Part shown: one piece after another, positions 11,785 to 24,012 of the stretch
How the letters are laid out: every line of letters starts with the position of its first letter
How positions within the stretch are numbered: position 1 is the first letter of the stretch
Assembly: GCA_964016885.1 (NCBI GenBank)
Contig: OZ024761.1
Location: 26,784,001 to 26,848,000, forward strand
Reading direction: 5' to 3'
DNA from: Eledone cirrhosa
Taxonomy: Eukaryota
Length of the DNA stretch: 64,000 bases
Position numbers and translations under genes: made by a program
Notes under the pieces: generated by a model
The model's database searches: none
What the model was told of the DNA's origin: nothing
What the model saw: only the letters and a program-made list of their open reading frames with translations

Positions 11785-14700
11785 ATGGATGTGTTAAGAG
11801 TAGGATGTTTGAATGCACGTGGCCTGGGCTCAACTTGGAAGCAAGCAAAGCTTCTAAATGACCTCAGGTCATGTAGTATAAATGTAATGGTTATCTGTGA
11901 GACTCGAATCAGCGTCATGCGGCAGCTGGCCCCCACCTTCGATGACTTTGAGGTGCATGCATCTCTCTGTCAACCTGGAGGTGGGGGTGGGGTTGTCGTG
12001 CTGCTGCAAAAACACCTGGGTCTTGCCGTACAGGTTGTGCACTCGGACCCGGAGGGTCGTTTGTTGGTGCTAGACGTTGGCAGTAGTGAAAGTGCGGCCT
12101 TGAGACTGGTCGCCGTCTACTCCCCTTTCGGAGCTGAACGGCCCGACTTCTTCCAGCGTTTGGAGACTTTTCTGGGAACGTCGCGTTCCCTGCTTCTAGC
12201 GGGGGATTGGAATGACATCCTGGATGCACGTTGGGACTATGCAGGAGCATGTCCTAATAGAGGGGGGTGTAACAGCCTCAAGGGGTTACTCGACCGTTTT
12301 AACTTGGTCGATAGATATCGACTAGATTTTCCAACTGTGCCTACCTGGACTTGGAGAAACCACAGTGGTCAATCTAGATCGTACTTAGATAGATTCTTAG
12401 TTAGAAGTAAGGATAGGGACATATTAAGCTGTCCAGAAATGCGCACGGTTGGCTACACGGATCACAAATTAGTGACCTGCGTGGTCAATCTCGAGAAAAC
12501 ACATAGACAGGGTCCCGGTTACTGGAAACTTAATTTGTCTTTACCGGCAAAAGAGACTTACAGAAACCGGATTAGCAGATTAGTTAAGGAGAGGTTGACG
12601 GGTGCAATCGTCAACAACCGATGGTGGGCATCTCTCAAAAGAGAGATTAGAACAGAATCAATAAGTTATAGCAAGATGTTAGCTGCCAATAGGAATAGAA
12701 ACGAGAAAGAATTAACAGGTAAATTAGAAGAGGCAATCAAGAGCGAAGATGTGGCCAGAGTGCTGGCATCGAGGACGGCCTTGAACCAGTTTTTCGATGC
12801 AAAGCATGAAGGCTGCGTCATTCGAAGTAAAATACGTGCTCTAGGTAATGAGGGGGCCAAAGCCGTTGGATGGGCCCGCGTGACAGAAGCTAAAAGTGGA
12901 AATCGATCCACCATCCGGTCGTTGCAAGACGAAGATGGACGAGTGATCCGGGAGCCTAAGCAGATGTGCGAGGCCTTTCAAAAGCACTTTGCCCGATTGT
13001 TCGGGGGAGGCGAGGGTCCGGGCCGGGGCGTGGATTTCGGTCCATACTTCGACGGCCTGCCGCGTCTCTCGAACAAAGAGGCAGAGTCCTGCGAGGGACC
13101 AATCTCGGCTGATGAGATCGGAGATGCGCTGAGCCAATGCAGTAGACGCAAATCTCCAGGTCTCGATGGTATACCTTACGAACTTTATTTAGCAATGCCG
13201 GTCTTCTTCTCCGAACTCCTCGAAGCGGTCTACTGCAATTGGCAGCAGAACGGGAGAATTCCTTGTTCTGTAGCCAAGGGCGTAGTCACGCTGGTGAGGA
13301 AGGACGAGAAAAAGGGGGATAGTATAAATAATTTTCGGCCCATAACCCTGCTAAACACAGAGTTAAAGATTTTGGCCAAGGTGTTAGCAAAGAGGTTGGC
13401 GCTGGTCGTGGGTGGCCTGGTGGGAGATGCGCAGACATGTGCTATCCCATCCAGGTCCATTCACGATAACCTCCACCTCATGCGATACATCATAGAGAGG
13501 GTTGGCAACAAACCCGGCTTCGGTGGGGCCCTGATCAACTTGGATCAGTCTAAGGCCTTCGATAGGGTCGACCATGGTTACCTGGATGCGGTGCTAGCGG
13601 CGGCTGGGTTCGGTCCTGTTTTCAGAGGCTGGATCACTGCCCTACATAGCAACCACATCTGTTCTAGGATCAAGGTGAACGGCTACCTTTCGAAGCCGTT
13701 CGAAATCACACGATCCATTCGACAGGGGTGCCCTCTCTCCTCCCTTCTGTACGTATTGACTCTCGAGCCTTTACTGAGGAAGTTGGAGTTGTTGCAGGGT
13801 ATCCCCCTGGAACCAGGATTGAGCAAAGCGGTGTCGGCCTACGCCGATGACGTAACAGTAATGGTATCAACCGACTCGGAGATCGAGGCGATCGGTACCT
13901 TACTGGAGGAGTACGAAAGGTTGTCAGGAGCGAAACTGAACCGGGAAAAATCCATCGGGCTGCAACTCGGAACGTGGAGAGGCAAACCGATGCCTCCTGA
14001 CGGTGTCGTCGGACACTGGACGGAGGGCCCGGTAAAGTTGCTTGGGGTCTGGTTTGGACCGGACCTCCAGGTGGAAAAGAACTGGAACGAGGTTACGAAC
14101 AAGGTGTTTGCACTAACCCAGAAATGGGCCAAGTGTAAGCTGTCCCTAAAAGGCCGGGCGGAGGTGGCGAACATTTACATAGCGTCCGTCACTTACTACC
14201 GCCTGACTGTCGTGCCTTGCCCTAAGGAAACACTCACCACCATGGAACGCATGCTCTTCCAATTTCTTTGGAAGAAGCGTCCTCCTATGGTGAGAAGATC
14301 CATCTGCTGCCAACAACCTTCGAAAGGAGGGCTGGGGATGCCGTGGTTGATGATGCGTAGGCACGCATTAAGGCTACGGCACCTACAGGTATTCCTCACT
14401 GGTCAACCGGTGTGGGCTCCGTTCGTGAAACGAGCCTTTCCGAGACTCGTCTCACTCACCGAGCTACAGTCCTGGGTCAAGCAAAGATCCGGAAAACTGG
14501 GAGACTGGCACACTGAGTGTGCTCAGGCGCTCAGGGCTCTCTGGCAAGCGGGCCGGGCCATCGGTGGAGAATCCACCTCATCATTCTATAGAGGGCTGGT
14601 GGCTAGCAGGGGCGATGACACCCTTGGAGAGTCGCTGGACATGGAAGAAGACGAACTGGCCAGCCTGTTCGGTAGGACTTTCGGCCCAGGACCAATGGAC

Positions 14701-15222
14701 AACTTCCAGAAGTCACTGGCCTGGCAGTGCTACCGGGGGGCTCTACCCGTTCGAGAGAGGCTCTACAGACACGGGCGCCCGGGCAGGGATCCCTCAAAAA
14801 AGATTTGCCCTAGATGCGTGCGTCACGAAGAAACCGTAGCGCACGCATTGGTGCAATGTCCGGGCGTGGCTGATCTGTGGGGCTACGCCGAACAACTGCT
14901 GTCGCGGGTGGCGCCGATTAAATTGACCGCCGAGTCCGTGATGACAATCAAACCGCCTCCCCTCTTCACAAAGGAAGCAAAGGCGGTTTTTCTGTGCGTA
15001 ATAGCCATGTTGAAAGAGGTTGTTTGGTGGACACGATTGAAAGGTCTGAGGTCAGGCAACTTCCTCTCTGGCCATAGTCTGGTCTACTTCTTCCGATATC
15101 ACTTCGGAAGAAGGATAAGAATGGAGAGAGAGGTGCTTGGCCACAGGCAGTTTTATGAAAGGTGGGTGATAGTGGCGAGAATGGCTCGTGTAAATGGGCC
15201 TTCTCTGTATACCATCCTGTAG
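11785..15222 (+). CDS. ORF2 polyprotein: AP-like endonuclease, reverse transcriptase and C-terminal CCHC zinc finger (1145 aa)
   Basis: APE motifs CLNARGL, CET, AGDWN, SYLDRF, TDH; linker GPGYWKLN; RT motifs KSPGLDG, FRPITLLN, LDQSKAFDRV, RQGCPLS, YADD; zinc finger CPRC...ETVAHALVQC. This set is characteristic of Tx1/L1-clade elements. Confidence 0.96.
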   Translation: MDVLRVGCLNARGLGSTWKQAKLLNDLRSCSINVMVICETRISVMRQLAPTFDDFEVHASLCQPGGGGGVVVLLQKHLGLAVQVVHSDPEGRLLVLDVGSSESAALRLVAVYSPFGAERPDFFQRLETFLGTSRSLLLAGDWNDILDARWDYAGACPNRGGCNSLKGLLDRFNLVDRYRLDFPTVPTWTWRNHSGQSRSYLDRFLVRSKDRDILSCPEMRTVGYTDHKLVTCVVNLEKTHRQGPGYWKLNLSLPAKETYRNRISRLVKERLTGAIVNNRWWASLKREIRTESISYSKMLAANRNRNEKELTGKLEEAIKSEDVARVLASRTALNQFFDAKHEGCVIRSKIRALGNEGAKAVGWARVTEAKSGNRSTIRSLQDEDGRVIREPKQMCEAFQKHFARLFGGGEGPGRGVDFGPYFDGLPRLSNKEAESCEGPISADEIGDALSQCSRRKSPGLDGIPYELYLAMPVFFSELLEAVYCNWQQNGRIPCSVAKGVVTLVRKDEKKGDSINNFRPITLLNTELKILAKVLAKRLALVVGGLVGDAQTCAIPSRSIHDNLHLMRYIIERVGNKPGFGGALINLDQSKAFDRVDHGYLDAVLAAAGFGPVFRGWITALHSNHICSRIKVNGYLSKPFEITRSIRQGCPLSSLLYVLTLEPLLRKLELLQGIPLEPGLSKAVSAYADDVTVMVSTDSEIEAIGTLLEEYERLSGAKLNREKSIGLQLGTWRGKPMPPDGVVGHWTEGPVKLLGVWFGPDLQVEKNWNEVTNKVFALTQKWAKCKLSLKGRAEVANIYIASVTYYRLTVVPCPKETLTTMERMLFQFLWKKRPPMVRRSICCQQPSKGGLGMPWLMMRRHALRLRHLQVFLTGQPVWAPFVKRAFPRLVSLTELQSWVKQRSGKLGDWHTECAQALRALWQAGRAIGGESTSSFYRGLVASRGDDTLGESLDMEEDELASLFGRTFGPGPMDNFQKSLAWQCYRGALPVRERLYRHGRPGRDPSKKICPRCVRHEETVAHALVQCPGVADLWGYAEQLLSRVAPIKLTAESVMTIKPPPLFTKEAKAVFLCVIAMLKEVVWWTRLKGLRSGNFLSGHSLVYFFRYHFGRRIRMEREVLGHRQFYERWVIVARMARVNGPSLYTIL

Positions 15223-15598
15223 GTAAAGAAGTAAAGGAGAGGGGAGCACCTTCTCCATGTGCTCCCCGGGCAAAGGATTGCACACTTTTTCGGGGGTGTG
15301 TGCAACCCCCATCACGTCCCCTCCCTTTTGAGGTTATTTTCGATTATTTTCATGTTACACCCTTTTTACTCGATTATATGTAAACTCCCCCTTTGTATTT
15401 GTCCCTTCTTTTTATGCCTTTATGGTAAATAAAGAAATCTATCTATCTATCTATATATATAGACATATGTGCATTCATTACTACATATATACATACAGTA
15501 ATGCAAGTATATATTTATAGTTAATTTATAAGGCAATCAACGTTTATCATTGACTGACCAACAGTTAAAAATACACATATAAATAAATAAATAAATAA

Positions 15599-15683
<85 letters not shown>

Positions 15684-15798
15684 CTTTATCACCTTGAGCG
15701 ACCAGTCTGTCGGGCGCCATTCTTCATTTATTATATATATATCCTATTTGCAACAACACAACTCGTCATTTTTCATACACGCACACACGCGCACACGC

Positions 15799-15860
<62 letters not shown>

Positions 15861-15878
15861 CCCCCCCCACACACACCA

Positions 15879-15909
<31 letters not shown>

Positions 15910-16251
15910 TACACACACACACCACACACACACACACACACACCACACACCGCACACCACACACCACACACCACACACCACACACACCACACACACATAT
16001 ATATATATATATATGAATATATATATACCCCATGTATTGTCTCAGTGCAGTTACGAGTTCATACTATACATAAGTTGTTCTGTTCGCAATATAATAATAT
16101 ATACTGTTTGTGTATATGTGTGTATGTATGTATGTGTGTCTGCTCGTATTCTGCATGTATGTGTGTGTGTGTGTGCTTGTGCATATGTATCAAATAATGT
16201 GTATATGTATGAAAGTGTATGTATGTATGTATGCATGTATGTATATACGTG

Positions 16252-16283
<32 letters not shown>

Positions 16284-16537
16284 TGTATGTACATACATAT
16301 GTGAGTATGTGTGTGAGTTCCTATGTCTTTTAAGACCACCCATGTTTGCAGGTTTCTTGTCACACTCGCTACAACAGACCTACATACGTACGCATGTAGG
16401 TACATATCACTTCTTTCCTTCATGGCTTTTTGATAGATAAAAGGCTATGGGGGTGCTATGGATAGATGTTCTGTTTATAATGCGCCGAAACATCCATGAT
16501 CCGTAGTAAACAGCTGACGAATATATATATATATATA

Positions 16538-16996
16538 TACAATATTAAATAAATGGAAAACTATATTTATAAAACCATATTTATTTCATTATATATATTT
16601 CGGGGATATCATATTAACAATATGCTATGCCTTCATCAGACAAAATACAATATAAACAGTTTTATAGATAAATATATTCGACATACCGTAATAAACATCA
16701 ACTTCATTTGAAGAGGTTCACTGCTAGAGTGAACCTCTTCAAATGAAGTTGATGTTTATTACGGTATGTCGAATATATTTATCTATAAAACTGTTTATAT
16801 TGTATTTTGTCTGATGAAGGCATAGCATATTGTTAATATGATATCCCCGAAATATATATAATGAAATAAATATGGTTTTATAAATATAGTTTTCCATTTA
16901 TTTAATATTGTAAATATACTCCAAGTATTTGTCGAGTGCTTTTATATCAGTTATAAATATTTACTAGTTGTAACCCAACAATTTTAAATATAACTT

Positions 16997-17000
<4 letters not shown>
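16538..17000. mobile_element. Fold-back pLTR-like element, family D: 185-bp-arm palindrome plus 3' tail
   Basis: Arms 16538-16722 and 16728-16912 with a 5-nt loop (gctag); tail 16913-17000; (TA)n on both sides. Related diverged copy at ~41090-41215. Confidence 0.75.
16803..16868 (+). ncRNA. Type I hammerhead ribozyme (mirror copy 16582-16647 on -)
   Basis: tattttgt-CTGATGA-aggcatagcatattgttaatatgatatcccc-GAAA-tatata-TA-atgaaata. Stem I pairs with two G-U; stem II includes catatt/aatatg. Confidence 0.7.
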
Positions 17001-17037
<37 letters not shown>

Positions 17038-17041
<4 letters not shown>

Positions 17042-17195
17042 GTTTCTACTTTTGGCACAAAGCCAGCAATTATTCCAGGGTATTACTGGTACTTTATTTT
17101 ATCGACCCCGTAAGGATGAAAGGCAAAGTTAACCTCGGCGGGATTTGAACTCAGATCGGTAAAGGGACGTAACTGTGCTGCAAAGCATGGCGTCC
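17038..17195 (-). mobile_element. tRNA-derived SINE, 5'-truncated
   Basis: Reverse complement of the 5826-6005 body. Confidence 0.85.
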
Positions 17196-17284
17196 AATAT
17201 ATATATATATATATAATATATATATATATAATATATAATATATATATATAATATATATATATATAATATATATATATAATATAC

Positions 17285-17367
<83 letters not shown>

Positions 17368-17422
17368 GTGAGGTTTTTTTTACAAAATGAAAAATAACCG
17401 AGGTGTCCTACACGAGTGAAAG

Positions 17423-17544
17423 TATAAAGAAAAAGAGATGAAATCGAAAATGCAACTGGAGTCTTATTTAAAAAAAAAAAATATATATTTAAAAAAAAAA
17501 TAAGACTCCAGTTGCATTTTTGATTTCATCTCTTTTTCTTTATA
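17423..17544. repeat. Inverted repeat (~47-bp arms) within a TA-flanked element
   Basis: tataaagaaaaagagatgaaatcgaaaatgcaactggagtcttattt pairs with aaataagactccagttgcatttttgatttcatctctttttctttata. Confidence 0.8.
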
Positions 17545-17559
17545 TATATATATATATAA

Positions 17560-17767
17560 ATGAAGTAATTCCGTCGGAAAAGTCCAGGAAAAAAGAGTGC
17601 TCTATGTAAGCAACAGAGCTTAATTATTATTATGTAATAAACAATATAAGGCAATTATTCCATTTACCAGTGGTTTCTTAAAACTGTCTAGAGGATTGAA
17701 AGCAAAACCTTTTGCTTTTAAGAAACCACTGGTAAATGGAATAATTGCCTTATGTTGTTTATTACAT

Positions 17768-17774
<7 letters not shown>
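17560..17774. mobile_element. Fold-back pLTR-like element, family E (related copy 54073-54238)
   Basis: Arms ~17625-17683 and 17716-17774 contain GAAA-ccactgg-TA (3' half of a hammerhead). The tail has gctc...gagcac on the minus strand. Confidence 0.6.
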
Positions 17775-17802
<28 letters not shown>

Positions 17803-17832
17803 CATATATAAATATATATATACATACACATA

Positions 17833-17868
<36 letters not shown>

Positions 17869-17909
17869 AATACGTATATATATATATATATATAAATACA
17901 TATATATAT

Positions 17910-17978
<69 letters not shown>

Positions 17979-17983
17979 AATAC

Positions 17984-18028
<45 letters not shown>

Positions 18029-18029
18029 C

Positions 18030-18081
<52 letters not shown>

Positions 18082-18162
18082 CATATATATGTATATATGA
18101 GCGTGTGTGTGTGCGCATATGTTTTACTCGTAATATTCACCGTTTCGCCTTGCGGTAATATA

Positions 18163-18287
<125 letters not shown>

Positions 18288-18589
18288 ATAACAGTATTAC
18301 TAACAATAGCCACCTCACCCAATTATTATAAATACAATAATACAATCTGTAATGATATTACTGTTATCAACATTCTCCATTTTCTAGTCTATCAATACTT
18401 GTGTAAAGTCCACCAAAAATACCGTCAACCCCTCGCAGTAATACAACAAACTACAATAACAAATACAGTGAAATAATAGGTGTTGTTGGTGGTGGTGGTG
18501 GTTGTTGTTGTTGTTGTTGTTGTTGTTGAGTTTTTAGATTTATGTTAAACTACCATGAAAATAAACATATCTTCCAATTGACTCTGAGT

Positions 18590-18746
18590 GAAAGAGTGTG
18601 TGTGAGTGAAAGGGAGGGAGAGTGAGTGTGAGAGATAGGGGGTGAGAGAGAGTTGAAGAAAGATAGACTTCAAGAGAGAGAGAGAGAGAGTGCGATGAGA
18701 GAGACTTGAAGAGAGAGAGAAAGTGAAAGAGAGAGAGTGGAAGAGA

Positions 18747-18796
<50 letters not shown>

Positions 18797-19020
18797 TCTT
18801 GAAGAGAGAGAGATAAAGATACTGCCAGAGAGAGAGAGAGGACTAAGATAGAAAAAGAGAGACTTAAAGCGAGAGATAAAGAAAAAGGGGAGAAAGAGAG
18901 AGAGATAAACAGAGACAGAGGGGGAACAGAGAGAGAGAGAGAGTGAGAGAGAGAGAGAAAAGGAAACAAAAAATTAGAAAGAGAGAGAGAGAGGGAAAAG
19001 GAGAGAGAGGAGAGAGACAG
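18590..19020. repeat. Degenerate (GA)n polypurine tract
   Basis: Almost purely A/G over ~430 bp. Confidence 0.9.
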
Positions 19021-19221
19021 AAAAAAATCAGAATAAAATTTAATACATGAATTCACGTGGGGAAGGGGATATGGTGGGGACGGGAGGGGTGGGGGGTTAT
19101 AGGTGGTGGAAAGGGGAGACTAAGAGATCAATGACACTAATGATGTTAGGTTTTAGTCATGCGGAGGCCACCATTTAAATAATATGTATGATGGGGTGGG
19201 AGTTGGTATCTGTCTAGACGG

Positions 19222-19280
<59 letters not shown>

Positions 19281-19319
19281 ATATATATATGTATATATAT
19301 ATATATGTATATATATATG

Positions 19320-19388
<69 letters not shown>

Positions 19389-19410
19389 GTGTATATATAT
19401 ATCTACATAG

Positions 19411-19456
<46 letters not shown>

Positions 19457-19556
19457 ATCTATATCTATATATATAATTGTGTATATATATATATATATAT
19501 TGTAATTGTTTTTGGGCTGGATGTATCTCTACCTATATATATATATATATATTATA

Positions 19557-19596
<40 letters not shown>

Positions 19597-19766
19597 ATAT
19601 ACATGTGTATATGCAAACATATGCACATGTTTAAACATACACAAACATATTTTGTATTTTGTATATACAGTTGCGTCTTTTATATATGTATATTTACATA
19701 ACTACACACAAACAGACACACATTTATATATGTATGTATATATATATATATATATGCACATATATA

Positions 19767-19833
<67 letters not shown>

Positions 19834-19878
19834 ATTTATAATATATATATATATATTTATATATATATATATATATTT

Positions 19879-19909
<31 letters not shown>

Positions 19910-19924
19910 TATATATATATATTT

Positions 19925-19976
<52 letters not shown>

Positions 19977-20280
19977 TATATATATACACACACACAAAGT
20001 CATTACCTTCTATAATATCGTATGCGTGGATATACATATTTTCATATTTACCTAAGTATATAGACATTTTCACCTATGGGCCCACACTCCACTTCCATAT
20101 AATATATATATACTATATATATGTATTAATATACACATACATATATATGTGTAAGTATATGTATATATATATATATATATATATAAGAAAAGTCAACACA
20201 GTAAAAAATTGTTGGAGAAAAACACTACAATAATGGTATATTCATATACCGCTTAATAGAGTTGGAAAACAATCTTAATC

Positions 20281-20315
<35 letters not shown>

Positions 20316-20352
20316 AACGTATATATATATATATATATATTATATATACGTT

Positions 20353-20401
<49 letters not shown>

Positions 20402-20491
20402 TTACACATATATATATATATTCATATAGACACACACACACATATATTTACTTACATATATACACACACAAACATATATTCATATATACAC

Positions 20492-20571
<80 letters not shown>

Positions 20572-20987
20572 GTAAATATATATGTTTGTGTGTGTATATA
20601 TATTCATATATACACACACAAACATATATTCACATTTATATACACAAATACAAACATAAATTTATATATATATATATATATATATAATATATTTATATTT
20701 ATATATATAATATATATTTATATTTATATATATATATATATAGATATATATATAAATATATATAAATATTATTAATATATATATATATATATATAATATA
20801 TATATATATATTAATATATATATATATATATTAATATATATATATATATTAATATGTATATATATATTAATATATATATATATATTAATATATATATATA
20901 TATATAAATATATATAAATATATATATATATATATATTAATATATATATATATTAATATATATATATATATTAATATATATATTAAT

Positions 20988-21025
<38 letters not shown>

Positions 21026-21361
21026 GCATGTATATATATATGTATATATATATACACCCACACACACATACATACACACACATACACACACACACACACA
21101 CACACAGATGGTGGGGAGGTAGTTAGCGAGACAAACAACTCTCCCAATACTATACTAAGTATCAATACATTTCTAATAAATCAAACACAAATTGAAACAT
21201 AACGACAGCAGAGAACAACAAACTCTCTTATCATAGGAACGACGCCATTAACGTGTACAACAACAACAACAACAAGACGATCATTATATTTTTGTTGTAA
21301 CTATAACAATGGTTGCGATCTTTGCCTCAAGAGATGTGACATTACGGAGAAGTTTAATAAT

Positions 21362-22340
21362 TATGGTTTCTTATATAGGCACAAGGCCAGCAATTTTGGT
21401 GGTTTTTTTTTGGGGGGGGAGGGAAAGTCGATTAAATCGACCCCAGTGGGCGACTGGTACTTTATTTTATCGACCCCCGTAAGGATGAAAGGCAAAGTTA
21501 ACCTAGGCGGGACGGGATTTGAACTCAGATCATTAAGTGACGTAACTATATGCTGCTAAGCATGGCGTCCGACCCACCATCGATACTGCCAATCCACCGA
21601 GAAGTTTAATAATAATTGTGTCTACAAGGCCAGCAATTATTCCAGTGTATTACTGGTACTTTATTTTATCGACCCCCGTAAGGATGAAAGGTAAAGTTAA
21701 CCTCGGCGGGACGGGATTTGAACTCAGATCATAAAGTGACGTAACTATATGCTGCTAAGCATGGCGTCCGACCCACCATCGATACTGCCAATCCACCGAG
21801 AAGTTTAATAATAATTGTGTCTACAAGGCCAGCAATTATTCCAGTGTATTACTGGTACTTTATTTTATCGACCCCCGTAAGGATGAAAGGTAAAGTTAAC
21901 CTCGGCGGGACGGGATTTGAACTCAGATCATAAAGTGACGTAACTATATGCTGCTAAGCATGGCGTCCGACCCACCATCGATACTGCCAATCCACCGAGA
22001 AGTTTAATAATAATTGTGTCTACAAGGCCAGCAATTATTCCAGTGTATTACTGGTACTTTATTTTATCGACCCCCGTAAGGATGAAAGGCAAAGTTAACC
22101 TCGGCGGCACGGGATTTGAACCCAGATCATAAAGGGCCGTAACTCTTTGTTGCAAAGCATGGCGTCCGATACTGTGTCTGACGCTCTACCAATTCTGCCA
22201 ATACACCGCCCTAAGTTACTTTAAAATAATGATTTCTACTACTACGCACAAGACCAACACTTTTGAATGGCAAGGGCCGTAACTCTATACGTCAAAGCAT
22301 GGCGTCCGACCCTCTACCGATACTGCCAATCCACCGCGCA
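21362..22340 (-). mobile_element. Head-to-tail SINE array including a 199-bp-period tandem duplication
   Basis: 'gaagtttaataa' junctions at 21348, 21601, 21800 and 21999; units nearly identical; further SINE fragments to 22340. Confidence 0.9.
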
Positions 22341-22364
22341 AAATAATAATAAGAATAAGAATCG

Positions 22365-22525
22365 ACACCAGTTCTAGACTAGTACATCTGTTCTTTTTAT
22401 CGACCGGGAATGGATGAGAGGCAAAGATGACCTCGGCGGGATTTGAACTCAGAGAAGAGAGAGTCGAAACAAATACCACACGGCATTCTATCGGACATTC
22501 TAACGACTCTGACAATTCGCCATCT
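22365..22525 (-). mobile_element. Older or divergent subfamily copy of the SINE
   Basis: 'ggatgagaggcaaagatgacctcggcgggatttgaactcag...ctctaacgactctgacaattcgcc'. Confidence 0.7.
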
Positions 22526-22614
22526 CTAAACTGTTTACGTTTACCAGATTCCACTCATATCGCAACGTTCAGCCTCGGAGCTCCGCTGGAAAATAAAAAA
22601 AATAATTTTCAGAT

Positions 22615-23036
22615 AAAATTCGTTATAACGAATAGCAAATTCGTTATAATGGTACTCGTTATAACGGAATATTACCTGTATACAGTGAAATTCCGCTATA
22701 AGGAAATTCACGGGGCATTAAAATAATTCGTTGTAACGGAAATATCTTTATAACGAGATCGACCGAAACCTAAGTAGCGCGTAGCTTGGGATTGAATAAA
22801 AATTCGTTATACTGAAAAATTCGTTATAATGGTATTTGTTATAACGGAATTTTACCTGTATACAGCGAAATTCCGTTATAACGAAATTCATTGAGTTATA
22901 AAAAATTCGTTGTAACGAAAAATTCTTTATGTGATCGACCGAAATCTATCGAGCGTGTGGCCGAGGATTGAATAAGAATTTGTTATACTGAAAGGTTCGT
23001 TATAGTGGTATTCGTTATAACGGAATTTTACTTGTA
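22615..23036. mobile_element. Tandem Tc1/mariner (pogo/Tigger-like) MITEs: 180-bp period, two full copies and one partial
   Basis: TA|CAGTGAAATTCCGYTATAA...TTATAACGGAATTTTACCTG|TA at 22681-22860 and 22861-23036; internal 'ttcgttataac' subrepeats. Confidence 0.8.
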
Positions 23037-23526
23037 ACACACTCACCTCTATGTGACACGCTTCCAGAAACGAACCTGTAACAACTTCTTTGCAAATTAC
23101 AGTTCTTTGCTTAACCACACATCCAACCATATCCCCTTCTCTCCAATCTTCACTTGATTTCATGTAACACACTTTCTCTTTTTTTTTTTTTACACTATAT
23201 TTCCCAATAACCAGAGGATATACTTGCCTCTAGGACTGATTCGGCTATCGTTTCCAAATTGCCCCATAATCAATAACGCTTCTTTTTTTTTTCTCCTTTT
23301 TCACCCCCTTTTCCCCCCCTCACCTTCATCATCGAAGGAAAGTGAAAAATATATATAAAACGCTGCAAAGAATGGTTGATACAATAGATTAGTTATTGCC
23401 TGGAGTATATCTGAATTTGTGTCTCCAACCAACCCTTGAGATAGTAATATGGTCTTTGAAAGTAGGAAGATGTGAAAGGAATACAGAAATACAGAGGAGA
23501 TATCGATTTGGAAAGAGACATTTTCC

Positions 23527-23560
<34 letters not shown>

Positions 23561-23973
23561 AATGTGTGTATGTGTATATGTGTGTATGTATATGAGCGCG
23601 TGTGTGTACGTGTGTATATATATGTGTGTATGTGTGTATATATATTATATGTGTGTGTGTATGCATGCAATATATATAATATATATATATATAAGTATAT
23701 GTGTGTGTGTGTGTGTATATATATATATTTATGAATATGTATCTTGAATATGTATATATATGTGTATCTTGGATATATATATATATATATACATATATCT
23801 TGGATATGTATATATATGTATATCTTGGATATGTATGTATATATATATATATATATATTATACATATCCAAGATACACATATGTACACACACACACACAC
23901 ATCTATATATATAGATATCCAAGATACCTGTATATACATATATATATATATACACACACTCACACAGACACAC

Positions 23974-24012
<39 letters not shown>

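Larger units (their letters stand above)
9639..15436 (+). mobile_element. Full-length Tx1/L1-group non-LTR retrotransposon
   Basis: Two uninterrupted ORFs; 3' end aataaagaa; flanking direct repeat atctatctatctatctatatat at 9617-9638 and 15437-15458. Confidence 0.92.

Noticed and set aside
9789-15383. Antisense and alternate-frame ORFs inside the retrotransposon
   Set aside because: Shadows of ORF1 and ORF2 with no recognisable motifs.
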